A stretch of 64,000 nucleotides of DNA from Paramoeba atlantica (lineage: Eukaryota > Protista > Discosea). The position numbers and the translations under genes are program-made. The DNA lies in NCBI GenBank assembly GCA_977017575.1, contig CDRNVI010000137.1, positions 94,022 to 158,021 on the forward strand, read 5' to 3'. Each line of letters opens with the position of its first letter. Position 1 is the first letter of the stretch. Under the pieces are notes generated by a model. The model did no database searches. It had not been told where the DNA came from and worked only from the letters and a program-made list of their open reading frames with translations. Shown in pieces: positions 29,420-44,073 of this stretch.

Positions 29420-32400
29420 ATTAAAAGTGATTTTTTTAATATTAATTTTCTTATAATTTCAATTTCTTAATTATGTTTCCATATTGAATAGAATGTTTTA
29501 ATTTATTTTTTAATTTTATAATATATTTTAAATTTATTTTTTAATTTTATAATGTGTTTTCAATTTATTTTTCATTTTAAAAATATTTTTTAAGTTGGTT
29601 CAATCAAATTTCTTAATTGTTTTAAATTGATGTATTTGATTTATTTTTTATTTTATTTTTTTCATATTATTTTTTTGTAATTTCAATTTCTTAATTATGT
29701 CTCCATATTGAATGCAATTTCCTAATTTATTTTCTGATTCTGTGATATTTTTAGAACTTATATTTCAGATCTATGATATTTTTTAAGTTGGTTCAATAAA
29801 ATTTCTTAATTGTTTTTGGTTGATGTATTTGATTTATTTTTTGTTTCATTTTTTTCATATTATTTTTTTGTAATTTCAATTTCTTAATTATGTCTCTATA
29901 TTGAATGCAATTCCTTAATTTATTTTCTGATTCTCTGATATTTTTAGAACTTATATTTCAGATCTATGATATTTTTTAAGTTGGTTCAATCAAATTTCTT
30001 AATTGTTTTGAATTGATGTATTTAATTTATTTTTTATTTTCTTTTTTTCACATTAATTTTTTGTAATTTCAATTTCTTAATTATGTCTCCATATTGAATG
30101 CAATTTCCTAATTTATTTTCTGATTCTGTGATATTTTTAGAACTTATATTTCAGATCTATGATATTTTTTAAGTTGGTTCAATAAAATTTCTTAATTGTT
30201 TTTGGTTGATGTATTTGATTTATTTTTTGTTTCATTTTTTTCATATTATTTTTTTGTAATTTCAATTTCTTAATTATGTCTCTATATTGAATGCAATTCC
30301 TTAATTTATTTTCTGATTCTCTGATATTTTTAGAACTTATATTTCAGATCTATGATATTTTTTAAGTTGGTTCAATCAAATTTCTTAATTGTTTTGAATT
30401 GATGTATTTAATTTATTTTTTATTTTCTTTTTTTCACATTAATTTTTTGTAATTTCAATTTCTTAATTATGTCTCCATATTGAATGCAATTTCCTAATTT
30501 ATTTTCTGATTCTGTGATATTTTTAGAACTTATATTTCAGATCTATGATATTTTTTAAGTTGGTTCAATAAAATTTCTTAATTGTTTTTGGTTGATGTAT
30601 TTGATTTATTTTTTGTTTCATTTTTTTCATATTATTTTTTTGTAATTTCAATTTCTTAATTATGTCTCTATATTGAATGCAATTCCTTAATTTATTTTCT
30701 GATTCTCTGATATTTTTAGAACTTATATTTCAGATCTATGATATTTTTTAAGTTGGTTCAATCAAATTTCTTAATTGTTTTGAATTGATGTATTTAATTT
30801 ATTTTTTATTTTCTTTTTTTCACATTAATTTTTTGTAATTTCAATTTCTTAATTATGTCTCCATATTGAATGCAATTTCCTAATTTATTTTCTGATTCTG
30901 TGATATTTTTAGAACTTATATTTCAGATCTATGATATTTTTTAAGTTGGTTCAATAAAATTTCTTAATTGTTTTTGGTTGATGTATTTGATTTATTTTTT
31001 GTTTCATTTTTTTCATATTATTTTTTTGTAATTTCAATTTCTTAATTATGTCTCTATATTGAATGCAATTCCTTAATTTATTTTCTGATTCTCTGATATT
31101 TTTAGAACTTATATTTCAGATCTATGATATTTTTTAAGTTGGTTCAATCAAATTTCTTAATTGTTTTGAATTGATGTATTTAATTTATTTTTTATTTTCT
31201 TTTTTTCACATTAATTTTTTGTAATTTCAATTTCTTAATTATGTCTCCATATTGAATGCAATTTCCTAATTTATTTTCTGATTCTGTGATATTTTTAGAA
31301 CTTATATTTCAGATCTATGATATTTTTTAAGTTGGTTCAATAAAATTTCTTAATTGTTTTTGGTTGATGTATTTGATTTATTTTTTGTTTCATTTTTTTC
31401 ATATTATTTTTTTGTAATTTCAATTTCTTAATTATGTCTCTATATTGAATGCAATTCCTTAATTTATTTTCTGATTCTCTGATATTTTTAGAACTTATAT
31501 TTCAGATCTATGATATTTTTTAAGTTGGTTCAATCAAATTTCTTAATTGTTTTGAATTGATGTATTTAATTTATTTTTTATTTTCTTTTTTTCACATTAA
31601 TTTTTTGTAATTTCAATTTCTTAATTATGTCTCCATATTGAATGCAATTTCCTAATTTATTTTCTGATTCTGTGATATTTTTAGAACTTATATTTCAGAT
31701 CTATGATATTTTTTAAGTTGGTTCAATAAAATTTCTTAATTGTTTTTGGTTGATGTATTTGATTTATTTTTTGTTTCATTTTTTTCATATTATTTTTTTG
31801 TAATTTCAATTTCTTAATTATGTCTCTATATTGAATGCAATTCCTTAATTTATTTTCTGATTCTCTGATATTTTTAGAACTTATATTTCAGATCTATGAT
31901 ATTTTTTAAGTTGGTTCAATCAAATTTCTTAATTGTTTTGAATTGATGTATTTAATTTATTTTTTATTTTCTTTTTTTCACATTAATTTTTTGTAATTTC
32001 AATTTCTTAATTATGTCTCCATATTGAATGCAATTTCCTAATTTATTTTCTGATTCTGTGATATTTTTAGAACTTATATTTCAGATCTATGATATTTTTT
32101 AAGTTGGTTCAATAAAATTTCTTAATTGTTTTTGGTTGATGTATTTGATTTATTTTTTGTTTCATTTTTTTCATATTATTTTTTTGTAATTTCAATTTCT
32201 TAATTATGTCTCTATATTGAATGCAATTCCTTAATTTATTTTCTGATTCTCTGATATTTTTAGAACTTATATTTCAGATCTATGATATTTTTTAAGTTGG
32301 TTCAATCAAATTTCTTAATTGTTTTGAATTGATGTATTTAATTTATTTTTTATTTTCTTTTTTTCACATTAATTTTTTGTAATTTCAATTTCTTAATTAT

Positions 32401-35400
32401 GTCTCCATATTGAATGCAATTTCCTAATTTATTTTCTGATTCTGTGATATTTTTAGAACTTATATTTCAGATCTATGATATTTTTTAAGTTGGTTCAATA
32501 AAATTTCTTAATTGTTTTTGGTTGATGTATTTGATTTATTTTTTGTTTCATTTTTTTCATATTATTTTTTTGTAATTTCAATTTCTTAATTATGTCTCTA
32601 TATTGAATGCAATTCCTTAATTTATTTTCTGATTCTCTGATATTTTTAGAACTTATATTTCAGATCTATGATATTTTTTAAGTTGGTTCAATCAAATTTC
32701 TTAATTGTTTTGAATTGATGTATTTAATTTATTTTTTATTTTCTTTTTTTCACATTAATTTTTTGTAATTTCAATTTCTTAATTATGTCTCCATATTGAA
32801 TGCAATTTCCTAATTTATTTTCTGATTCTGTGATATTTTTAGAACTTATATTTCAGATCTATGATATTTTTTAAGTTGGTTCAATAAAATTTCTTAATTG
32901 TTTTTGGTTGATGTATTTGATTTATTTTTTGTTTCATTTTTTTCATATTATTTTTTTGTAATTTCAATTTCTTAATTATGTCTCTATATTGAATGCAATT
33001 CCTTAATTTATTTTCTGATTCTCTGATATTTTTAGAACTTATATTTCAGATCTATGATATTTTTTAAGTTGGTTCAATCAAATTTCTTAATTGTTTTGAA
33101 TTGATGTATTTAATTTATTTTTTATTTTCTTTTTTTCACATTAATTTTTTGTAATTTCAATTTCTTAATTATGTCTCCATATTGAATGCAATTTCCTAAT
33201 TTATTTTCTGATTCTGTGATATTTTTAGAACTTATATTTCAGATCTATGATATTTTTTAAGTTGGTTCAATAAAATTTCTTAATTGTTTTTGGTTGATGT
33301 ATTTGATTTATTTTTTGTTTCATTTTTTTCATATTATTTTTTTGTAATTTCAATTTCTTAATTATGTCTCTATATTGAATGCAATTCCTTAATTTATTTT
33401 CTGATTCTCTGATATTTTTAGAACTTATATTTCAGATCTATGATATTTTTTAAGTTGGTTCAATCAAATTTCTTAATTGTTTTGAATTGATGTATTTAAT
33501 TTATTTTTTATTTTCTTTTTTTCACATTAATTTTTTGTAATTTCAATTTCTTAATTATGTCTCCATATTGAATGCAATTTCCTAATTTATTTTCTGATTC
33601 TGTGATATTTTTAGAACTTATATTTCAGATCTATGATATTTTTTAAGTTGGTTCAATAAAATTTCTTAATTGTTTTTGGTTGATGTATTTGATTTATTTT
33701 TTGTTTCATTTTTTTCATATTATTTTTTTGTAATTTCAATTTCTTAATTATGTCTCTATATTGAATGCAATTCCTTAATTTATTTTCTGATTCTCTGATA
33801 TTTTTAGAACTTATATTTCAGATCTATGATATTTTTTAAGTTGGTTCAATCAAATTTCTTAATTGTTTTGAATTGATGTATTTAATTTATTTTTTATTTT
33901 CTTTTTTTCACATTAATTTTTTGTAATTTCAATTTCTTAATTATGTCTCCATATTGAATGCAATTTCCTAATTTATTTTCTGATTCTGTGATATTTTTAG
34001 AACTTATATTTCAGATCTATGATATTTTTTAAGTTGGTTCAATAAAATTTCTTAATTGTTTTTGGTTGATGTATTTGATTTATTTTTTGTTTCATTTTTT
34101 TCATATTATTTTTTTGTAATTTCAATTTCTTAATTATGTCTCTATATTGAATGCAATTCCTTAATTTATTTTCTGATTCTCTGATATTTTTAGAACTTAT
34201 ATTTCAGATCTATGATATTTTTTAAGTTGGTTCAATCAAATTTCTTAATTGTTTTGAATTGATGTATTTAATTTATTTTTTATTTTCTTTTTTTCACATT
34301 AATTTTTTGTAATTTCAATTTCTTAATTATGTCTCCATATTGAATGCAATTTCCTAATTTATTTTCTGATTCTGTGATATTTTTAGAACTTATATTTCAG
34401 ATCTATGATATTTTTTAAGTTGGTTCAATAAAATTTCTTAATTGTTTTTGGTTGATGTATTTGATTTATTTTTTGTTTCATTTTTTTCATATTATTTTTT
34501 TGTAATTTCAATTTCTTAATTATGTCTCTATATTGAATGCAATTCCTTAATTTATTTTCTGATTCTCTGATATTTTTAGAACTTATATTTCAGATCTATG
34601 ATATTTTTTAAGTTGGTTCAATCAAATTTCTTAATTGTTTTGAATTGATGTATTTAATTTATTTTTTATTTTCTTTTTTTCACATTAATTTTTTGTAATT
34701 TCAATTTCTTAATTATGTCTCCATATTGAATGCAATTTCCTAATTTATTTTCTGATTCTGTGATATTTTTAGAACTTATATTTCAGATCTATGATATTTT
34801 TTAAGTTGGTTCAATAAAATTTCTTAATTGTTTTTGGTTGATGTATTTGATTTATTTTTTGTTTCATTTTTTTCATATTATTTTTTTGTAATTTCAATTT
34901 CTTAATTATGTCTCTATATTGAATGCAATTCCTTAATTTATTTTCTGATTCTCTGATATTTTTAGAACTTATATTTCAGATCTATGATATTTTTTAAGTT
35001 GGTTCAATCAAATTTCTTAATTGTTTTGAATTGATGTATTTAATTTATTTTTTATTTTCTTTTTTTCACATTAATTTTTTGTAATTTCAATTTCTTAATT
35101 ATGTCTCCATATTGAATGCAATTTCCTAATTTATTTTCTGATTCTGTGATATTTTTAGAACTTATATTTCAGATCTATGATATTTTTTAAGTTGGTTCAA
35201 TAAAATTTCTTAATTGTTTTTGGTTGATGTATTTGATTTATTTTTTGTTTCATTTTTTTCATATTATTTTTTTGTAATTTCAATTTCTTAATTATGTCTC
35301 TATATTGAATGCAATTCCTTAATTTATTTTCTGATTCTCTGATATTTTTAGAACTTATATTTCAGATCTATGATATTTTTTAAGTTGGTTCAATCAAATT

Positions 35401-38400
35401 TCTTAATTGTTTTGAATTGATGTATTTAATTTATTTTTTATTTTCTTTTTTTCACATTAATTTTTTGTAATTTCAATTTCTTAATTATGTCTCCATATTG
35501 AATGCAATTTCCTAATTTATTTTCTGATTCTGTGATATTTTTAGAACTTATATTTCAGATCTATGATATTTTTTAAGTTGGTTCAATAAAATTTCTTAAT
35601 TGTTTTTGGTTGATGTATTTGATTTATTTTTTGTTTCATTTTTTTCATATTATTTTTTTGTAATTTCAATTTCTTAATTATGTCTCTATATTGAATGCAA
35701 TTCCTTAATTTATTTTCTGATTCTCTGATATTTTTAGAACTTATATTTCAGATCTATGATATTTTTTAAGTTGGTTCAATCAAATTTCTTAATTGTTTTG
35801 AATTGATGTATTTAATTTATTTTTTATTTTCTTTTTTTCACATTAATTTTTTGTAATTTCAATTTCTTAATTATGTCTCCATATTGAATGCAATTTCCTA
35901 ATTTATTTTCTGATTCTGTGATATTTTTAGAACTTATATTTCAGATCTATGATATTTTTTAAGTTGGTTCAATAAAATTTCTTAATTGTTTTTGGTTGAT
36001 GTATTTGATTTATTTTTTGTTTCATTTTTTTCATATTATTTTTTTGTAATTTCAATTTCTTAATTATGTCTCTATATTGAATGCAATTCCTTAATTTATT
36101 TTCTGATTCTCTGATATTTTTAGAACTTATATTTCAGATCTATGATATTTTTTAAGTTGGTTCAATCAAATTTCTTAATTGTTTTGAATTGATGTATTTA
36201 ATTTATTTTTTATTTTCTTTTTTTCACATTAATTTTTTGTAATTTCAATTTCTTAATTATGTCTCCATATTGAATGCAATTTCCTAATTTATTTTCTGAT
36301 TCTGTGATATTTTTAGAACTTATATTTCAGATCTATGATATTTTTTAAGTTGGTTCAATAAAATTTCTTAATTGTTTTTGGTTGATGTATTTGATTTATT
36401 TTTTGTTTCATTTTTTTCATATTATTTTTTTGTAATTTCAATTTCTTAATTATGTCTCTATATTGAATGCAATTCCTTAATTTATTTTCTGATTCTCTGA
36501 TATTTTTAGAACTTATATTTCAGATCTATGATATTTTTTAAGTTGGTTCAATCAAATTTCTTAATTGTTTTGAATTGATGTATTTAATTTATTTTTTATT
36601 TTCTTTTTTTCACATTAATTTTTTGTAATTTCAATTTCTTAATTATGTCTCCATATTGAATGCAATTTCCTAATTTATTTTCTGATTCTGTGATATTTTT
36701 AGAACTTATATTTCAGATCTATGATATTTTTTAAGTTGGTTCAATAAAATTTCTTAATTGTTTTTGGTTGATGTATTTGATTTATTTTTTGTTTCATTTT
36801 TTTCATATTATTTTTTTGTAATTTCAATTTCTTAATTATGTCTCTATATTGAATGCAATTCCTTAATTTATTTTCTGATTCTCTGATATTTTTAGAACTT
36901 ATATTTCAGATCTATGATATTTTTTAAGTTGGTTCAATCAAATTTCTTAATTGTTTTGAATTGATGTATTTAATTTATTTTTTATTTTCTTTTTTTCACA
37001 TTAATTTTTTGTAATTTCAATTTCTTAATTATGTCTCCATATTGAATGCAATTTCCTAATTTATTTTCTGATTCTGTGATATTTTTAGAACTTATATTTC
37101 AGATCTATGATATTTTTTAAGTTGGTTCAATAAAATTTCTTAATTGTTTTTGGTTGATGTATTTGATTTATTTTTTGTTTCATTTTTTTCATATTATTTT
37201 TTTGTAATTTCAATTTCTTAATTATGTCTCTATATTGAATGCAATTCCTTAATTTATTTTCTGATTCTCTGATATTTTTAGAACTTATATTTCAGATCTA
37301 TGATATTTTTTAAGTTGGTTCAATCAAATTTCTTAATTGTTTTGAATTGATGTATTTAATTTATTTTTTATTTTCTTTTTTTCACATTAATTTTTTGTAA
37401 TTTCAATTTCTTAATTATGTCTCCATATTGAATGCAATTTCCTAATTTATTTTCTGATTCTGTGATATTTTTAGAACTTATATTTCAGATCTATGATATT
37501 TTTTAAGTTGGTTCAATAAAATTTCTTAATTGTTTTTGGTTGATGTATTTGATTTATTTTTTGTTTCATTTTTTTCATATTATTTTTTTGTAATTTCAAT
37601 TTCTTAATTATGTCTCTATATTGAATGCAATTCCTTAATTTATTTTCTGATTCTCTGATATTTTTAGAACTTATATTTCAGATCTATGATATTTTTTAAG
37701 TTGGTTCAATCAAATTTCTTAATTGTTTTGAATTGATGTATTTAATTTATTTTTTATTTTCTTTTTTTCACATTAATTTTTTGTAATTTCAATTTCTTAA
37801 TTATGTCTCCATATTGAATGCAATTTCCTAATTTATTTTCTGATTCTGTGATATTTTTAGAACTTATATTTCAGATCTATGATATTTTTTAAGTTGGTTC
37901 AATAAAATTTCTTAATTGTTTTTGGTTGATGTATTTGATTTATTTTTTGTTTCATTTTTTTCATATTATTTTTTTGTAATTTCAATTTCTTAATTATGTC
38001 TCTATATTGAATGCAATTCCTTAATTTATTTTCTGATTCTCTGATATTTTTAGAACTTATATTTCAGATCTATGATATTTTTTAAGTTGGTTCAATCAAA
38101 TTTCTTAATTGTTTTGAATTGATGTATTTAATTTATTTTTTATTTTCTTTTTTTCACATTAATTTTTTGTAATTTCAATTTCTTAATTATGTCTCCATAT
38201 TGAATGCAATTTCCTAATTTATTTTCTGATTCTGTGATATTTTTAGAACTTATATTTCAGATCTATGATATTTTTTAAGTTGGTTCAATAAAATTTCTTA
38301 ATTGTTTTTGGTTGATGTATTTGATTTATTTTTTGTTTCATTTTTTTCATATTATTTTTTTGTAATTTCAATTTCTTAATTATGTCTCTATATTGAATGC

Positions 38401-40083
38401 AATTCCTTAATTTATTTTCTGATTCTCTGATATTTTTAGAACTTATATTTCAGATCTATGATATTTTTTAAGTTGGTTCAATCAAATTTCTTAATTGTTT
38501 TGAATTGATGTATTTAATTTATTTTTTATTTTCTTTTTTTCACATTAATTTTTTGTAATTTCAATTTCTTAATTATGTCTCCATATTGAATGCAATTTCC
38601 TAATTTATTTTCTGATTCTGTGATATTTTTAGAACTTATATTTCAGATCTATGATATTTTTTAAGTTGGTTCAATAAAATTTCTTAATTGTTTTTGGTTG
38701 ATGTATTTGATTTATTTTTTGTTTCATTTTTTTCATATTATTTTTTTGTAATTTCAATTTCTTAATTATGTCTCTATATTGAATGCAATTCCTTAATTTA
38801 TTTTCTGATTCTCTGATATTTTTAGAACTTATATTTCAGATCTATGATATTTTTTAAGTTGGTTCAATCAAATTTCTTAATTGTTTTGAATTGATGTATT
38901 TAATTTATTTTTTATTTTCTTTTTTTCACATTAATTTTTTGTAATTTCAATTTCTTAATTATGTCTCCATATTGAATGCAATTTCCTAATTTATTTTCTG
39001 ATTCTGTGATATTTTTAGAACTTATATTTCAGATCTATGATATTTTTTAAGTTGGTTCAATAAAATTTCTTAATTGTTTTTGGTTGATGTATTTGATTTA
39101 TTTTTTGTTTCATTTTTTTCATATTATTTTTTTGTAATTTCAATTTCTTAATTATGTCTCTATATTGAATGCAATTCCTTAATTTATTTTCTGATTCTCT
39201 GATATTTTTAGAACTTATATTTCAGATCTATGATATTTTTTAAGTTGGTTCAATCAAATTTCTTAATTGTTTTGAATTGATGTATTTAATTTATTTTTTA
39301 TTTTCTTTTTTTCACATTAATTTTTTGTAATTTCAATTTCTTAATTATGTCTCCATATTGAATGCAATTTCCTAATTTATTTTCTGATTCTGTGATATTT
39401 TTAGAACTTATATTTCAGATCTATGATATTTTTTAAGTTGGTTCAATAAAATTTCTTAATTGTTTTTGGTTGATGTATTTGATTTATTTTTTGTTTCATT
39501 TTTTTCATATTATTTTTTTGTAATTTCAATTTCTTAATTATGTCTCTATATTGAATGCAATTCCTTAATTTATTTTCTGATTCTCTGATATTTTTAGAAC
39601 TTATATTTCAGATCTATGATATTTTTTAAGTTGGTTCAATCAAATTTCTTAATTGTTTTGAATTGATGTATTTAATTTATTTTTTATTTTCTTTTTTTCA
39701 CATTAATTTTTTGTAATTTCAATTTCTTAATTATGTCTCCATATTGAATGCAATTTCCTAATTTATTTTCTGATTCTGTGATATTTTTAGAACTTATATT
39801 TCAGATCTATGATATTTTTTAAGTTGGTTCAATAAAATTTCTTAATTGTTTTTGGTTGATGTATTTGATTTATTTTTTGTTTCATTTTTTTCATATTATT
39901 TTTTTGTAATTTCAATTTCTTAATTATGTCTCTATATTGAATGCAATTCCTTAATTTATTTTCTGATTCTCTGATATTTTTAGAACTTATATTTCAGATC
40001 TATGATATTTTTTAAGTTGGTTCAATCAAATTTCTTAATTGTTTTGAATTGATGTATTTAATTTATTTTTTATTTTCTTTTTT
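29420..40083. repeat. AT-rich satellite: 193-bp monomers in a 386-bp A/B higher-order repeat (~27 dimers)
   Basis: Monomer starts at 29701 (ctccata), 29894 (ctctata), 30087, 30280 ... 39737 = 29701+26x386. Monomer A has 37/193 G+C and no CpG. A diverged monomer lies at 29420-29700. Confidence 0.98.
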
Positions 40084-41312
40084 ATCAAAAATTTTTTTCT
40101 CTTTTTTGAATATTTAAAATCTTATTTTTTTCAAAAATATAAAAATCAAATTGAGAAAAATATTTTTATTTTTAGCCAAATAAAGAAAATTAGTTTTGTT
40201 TCTGAAATTGATTTTAGTTTTTTGTTTGTTTTTGTTGGTTTTTGTTTAATTGCTTCATTTCACCTAAATTCCTTTTCAAGAATTTATTATCTTCTTTTTT
40301 AAAAAAAAAAAAATCTTTTATCTTTCTTGTTAAAGTAATTTCATTGTAAAATTTAAAACTTTTAGTTCATGAATACATTCTTTTTTATGAAACCTTTGAA
40401 TGAGAAAAGTTGACTCTTTGTTAAACTTTAATTAAGTAATGTTATTGTTTTTATGAAAAATTGATTTTTAATAATTCAAATGAAAAAGAATGAATAAAAA
40501 CTTTCACAACTATAAGTTGTTTTTTTCAAATTGACTAACAACAAAACAGAAAACTTTTCAAAACCTAGGGTAATCTGCTTTTTGGAGTGAAATCAAAGAT
40601 ATGAAAACACTTTACAAAGATTGAACCTTCTCAAATTGATAAAATTGTTAAGTATGTGTAAAAATGTAATGGAAACCAAGTTTCATTGATCCAAACCACC
40701 TTCAAAGATTGGATTAATACCACTTTCTCAAAAGCAATCTTTTTCACCTGAATTTATTTCTTTGTTTAGAGTGAAAAACAACTTTTTCTTATTGATTCAG
40801 AGTCATTTGAGATAGAGAGGTGCAGTTTGTTTGAGGAAAAGCTGAAACAAAATACAAAAAAATTGTAAGAAAAAATTGATGCTACTCACTCTCAATTGAT
40901 CATAAATATTAATGAAACTGATTTTAATTGCAAAAAAGATACTGAAAAACTCAAAGTTGTTTTAATATATAATTGCTCCTATATATATTGTTCCTCTTGA
41001 AATGAATTCTATATCACTTTAATACTTATAGTTGGTATTATTGGATGGAGTCTTTCAATTTTTGCAACTATCAAAACAATATTCTTTGTTTTAGACTTAA
41101 AGGTGATGTATAATTTCTCAGTAAATGAGTAGTATTATATAATATTATTTTCATCATCAAATATCAATAATAAGTTATTTTCTTATTAAATTGATAAAAT
41201 TTTTGTTCTAAAAGTAATTATAAGATGTTGATTTTTAGAGTTCAAAGATAATACCAAAACTCTTCTTATCTTAAATAGTTGTTTTGTTTATAGTGTTGCA
41301 AATTTTCAAGCC

Positions 41313-42930
41313 TTAACTTGTAATTTCACAAAGTAATTCATTTAAAGCATAATTTTTTCTAGTATGGGTTTTGAACATTGTCTTGGTAAGAATTATACAA
41401 TCTTCAACAATCACAATCTTTTTTATCATTGATCTAATACTTTGTATCCCTTTTAAGTAGTCTATAAATTCACCAATATTGTTAAAGCTAAGAGAAATGG
41501 TTTCAAACCCACCACATATTTCTCTCTCTTTCCTGAAAACTGCAAAATCTGCACCCCCCAGATGAAGGCCTGTATATCTTGAATCATTATAAAACATTTA
41601 AAAGCTTTTGAATTTAAAGTTTTTCTTCTTTTTAGGTTCTTTTTTGATTTGAGTTCTTGGAGGCTAAAGAAGGATTTTATTCTTTCTCAGGATTTTTCTA
41701 ACAATTTTTATAGTAAACTAAACTAATTTAGTTTCTTCTGCACACACTATGAGCCACAAACTTAGTAAGGCAGCACTCACCACAGAGGTTTCTTGTCTAG
41801 TAAAATACTTTGAGACAAGACCACATACATTTTTAGTTTCTTGCCAATTGAGTACTTTCAGCAAAATACATTTCCTTCCTCTTGCTTGAAGAAAACCCTC
41901 AACCACAAAGCATTTTTCCAGTAGATGAGATTATAACTCCTTTTCTCAGTGGCAGAGGCAACAACTTGAATCTTGGTTTGAGAAGTGAAACAACTTGTTT
42001 CTTGTAGATAGTTCTTTTATTAGAAATTTAAGTAAATTCTTCTTAAACTGAGGTTTAATTGCATGAACCAAGTTGTACACCACATACTCAGCTCTTCTTT
42101 TCCCCACATACAAGTCTTTGATTTCAATTGAAATCATTTGAGACATATTGGTATATGTAACACAAGTGGCCTGGCCAAACACAACTTTGGAAGAAAGGCT
42201 TTGGGCTGCAATGAAAGCATTCTTCCACATGGCTTCAATGGAGAGAGGATTCTAATAATCACTCTTCATTGGTGGACAAGAGGTGAAAAGAGCCCAATTA
42301 AAAACAATAGGGTGATGTAGTTGAGGATTTGAGTCCAAAGAGGATAGCATAAAGTAAGAACAGAGGTTTTAGTGATGGCATAGGCACCCAGGGCTGAGCA
42401 AATGGATTTCCACATCAAAGAGGTGATAGATTTTAGGATCAACTTGAATCTCACTAAGTATTCCATACATGGAGTTAGATAGATATTGACCATCCTCACT
42501 CTTGAGTAAAAATTCCCACCTCTCTTTTTAATTGCTGTTCCAACTTTCTTCATCTTTTGGACCACCTTCTCTCAATCTTTGAGAGAAGATAACCATTTAT
42601 TCAATCTCACTCCCAGTTTCATTACCACAGTAATTGAGTCTTGCCATCTCAGACCAGGGGCCTACTGGTTTGTAAGACTCAGTTGAGAGGACAAAGCACT
42701 TATTAAAGTTCAGTTTAGCTTCAGTTGCTTCTTTATATTTCTTAAAGGTTGGAGTGAGAGAATTGATGGTTTCAACTCTCTGAAGCACTATCCCCAAATC
42801 ATCCATAAAGCCTGACAGATCTTGGAGGTTGTGTTTCTTCTTCAAACTCACAAGGAGGATGTCAAACACAATCACAAACAATAGAAGGGAGATTGGGCAT
42901 CTTTGTCTAACTCCTGTCCAGCTTTGGATT
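41313..42930 (-). pseudogene. L1/Tx1-like non-LTR ORF2, C-terminal half of RT and downstream region
   Basis: GVRQRCPISLLLFVIVFDILL, GFMDDL and EATEAKLNFNKC are L1-type RT motifs B, C and D. CpG-free, many breaks. Confidence 0.8.
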
Positions 42931-43108
42931 GATTCTTTGGTGCCTGCCCTTTTGGATTCACTAATCACTTTGGGACAAAAAAATTTCTTGGGAGAGAACA
43001 TAGCCAGAGGTCAACCTGCATTTTTTGGCTCTGAAACACGACTGTGGAAGTGATGTGGCAAAGTGGATAGGCAAAAAAGACCCCAAAAAAACGCGGAAAG
43101 GCGAAAAG

Positions 43109-43910
43109 ATATGAACCCAATTGCCAAAAAGGATGATAATTGGGTTCTTTTTCACTCAAAATTTTTGGGTGGGATCAAGATGGCGTGGGAGAGGAGGAGG
43201 TGTTCTTTTTCAACTTCTCGAAATGGAAAACAAACTGATGATCGAAGATACTTGGGAGATTGAAGAATATCTCCATTTGATTCAGAAAGAGCAAAACACT
43301 TCAAATAGAAGAAAAAAAGCGAAAAAAATAGCAGGACCTGGTGGAAACAAACAAGACGAGATGACAATGCTGATGAATGAACAAATGGTTCATTGTGTTC
43401 TGGCACAAAGAATCCCAAAGACCCTCGAAAAATTGGTAAAAAACACTCTCATGAGTTTTTTTTTTTTCTAAAGATTCTTTTTTTCACTCACACACAAAAT
43501 TCTTTTAGTGGAGGGGAAAAGGTTGAAAACATTGGTGCTCTCGCCGGGTTTTCATTCAACATTTCCCTGAGGCCCTCTTTTTCTTTTTGGTCGATAATAA
43601 CGTTACCAAAACCAAAACAAATCGAAAAACCGGGAAGAAAGAATTTTGGGGACAACTTGATCTCCCTTCACAAATCCGAAAGAAGTTGGGGGTCATTGCC
43701 TACCAGAAAATTTTTCGGGATGGGTCCACTGCAACAGTGACTGGCCCTGTGAAAATCAAATTTTCACAGGAAAAAAAATTGTTGTCGATTTCTTATGGCT
43801 ATTTTCTTCAAAACCAAGATGGAAGGCCAGCAAAGGGGATGGCTGAAAACTGGAAACTCCCAGTAGTTGCCCCAGTTGTTGTTGTGAAAGAGGAGGCTCT
43901 CGACAAATAG
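43109..43910 (+). other. unidentified coding-like segment near the left end of the transposon (probably spliced, disrupted)
   Basis: Open frames 43121-43471 and 43587-43910 separated by a GT..AG intron-like tract (~43431-43509). No recognisable domain. Confidence 0.35.
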
Positions 43911-44073
43911 TGAAAAATAAATTATTTTTTTTATCCGAGGCACCGCCTTTTTTTTTTTTTTTTCTCTTGAGAAAAGACCAAAAAACAAAGCAGCTGCTTT
44001 GTTTCGTGACCCACTGAAGAAGAAGAAAAAGGAGGAAAAGACAGGGTTGTGTGTTGTGTTGTGTTGTGTTCAA

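Noticed and set aside
29701-40083. CRISPR-like array
   Set aside because: Units are fully repeated with no unique spacers, there are no cas genes, and the context is eukaryotic.
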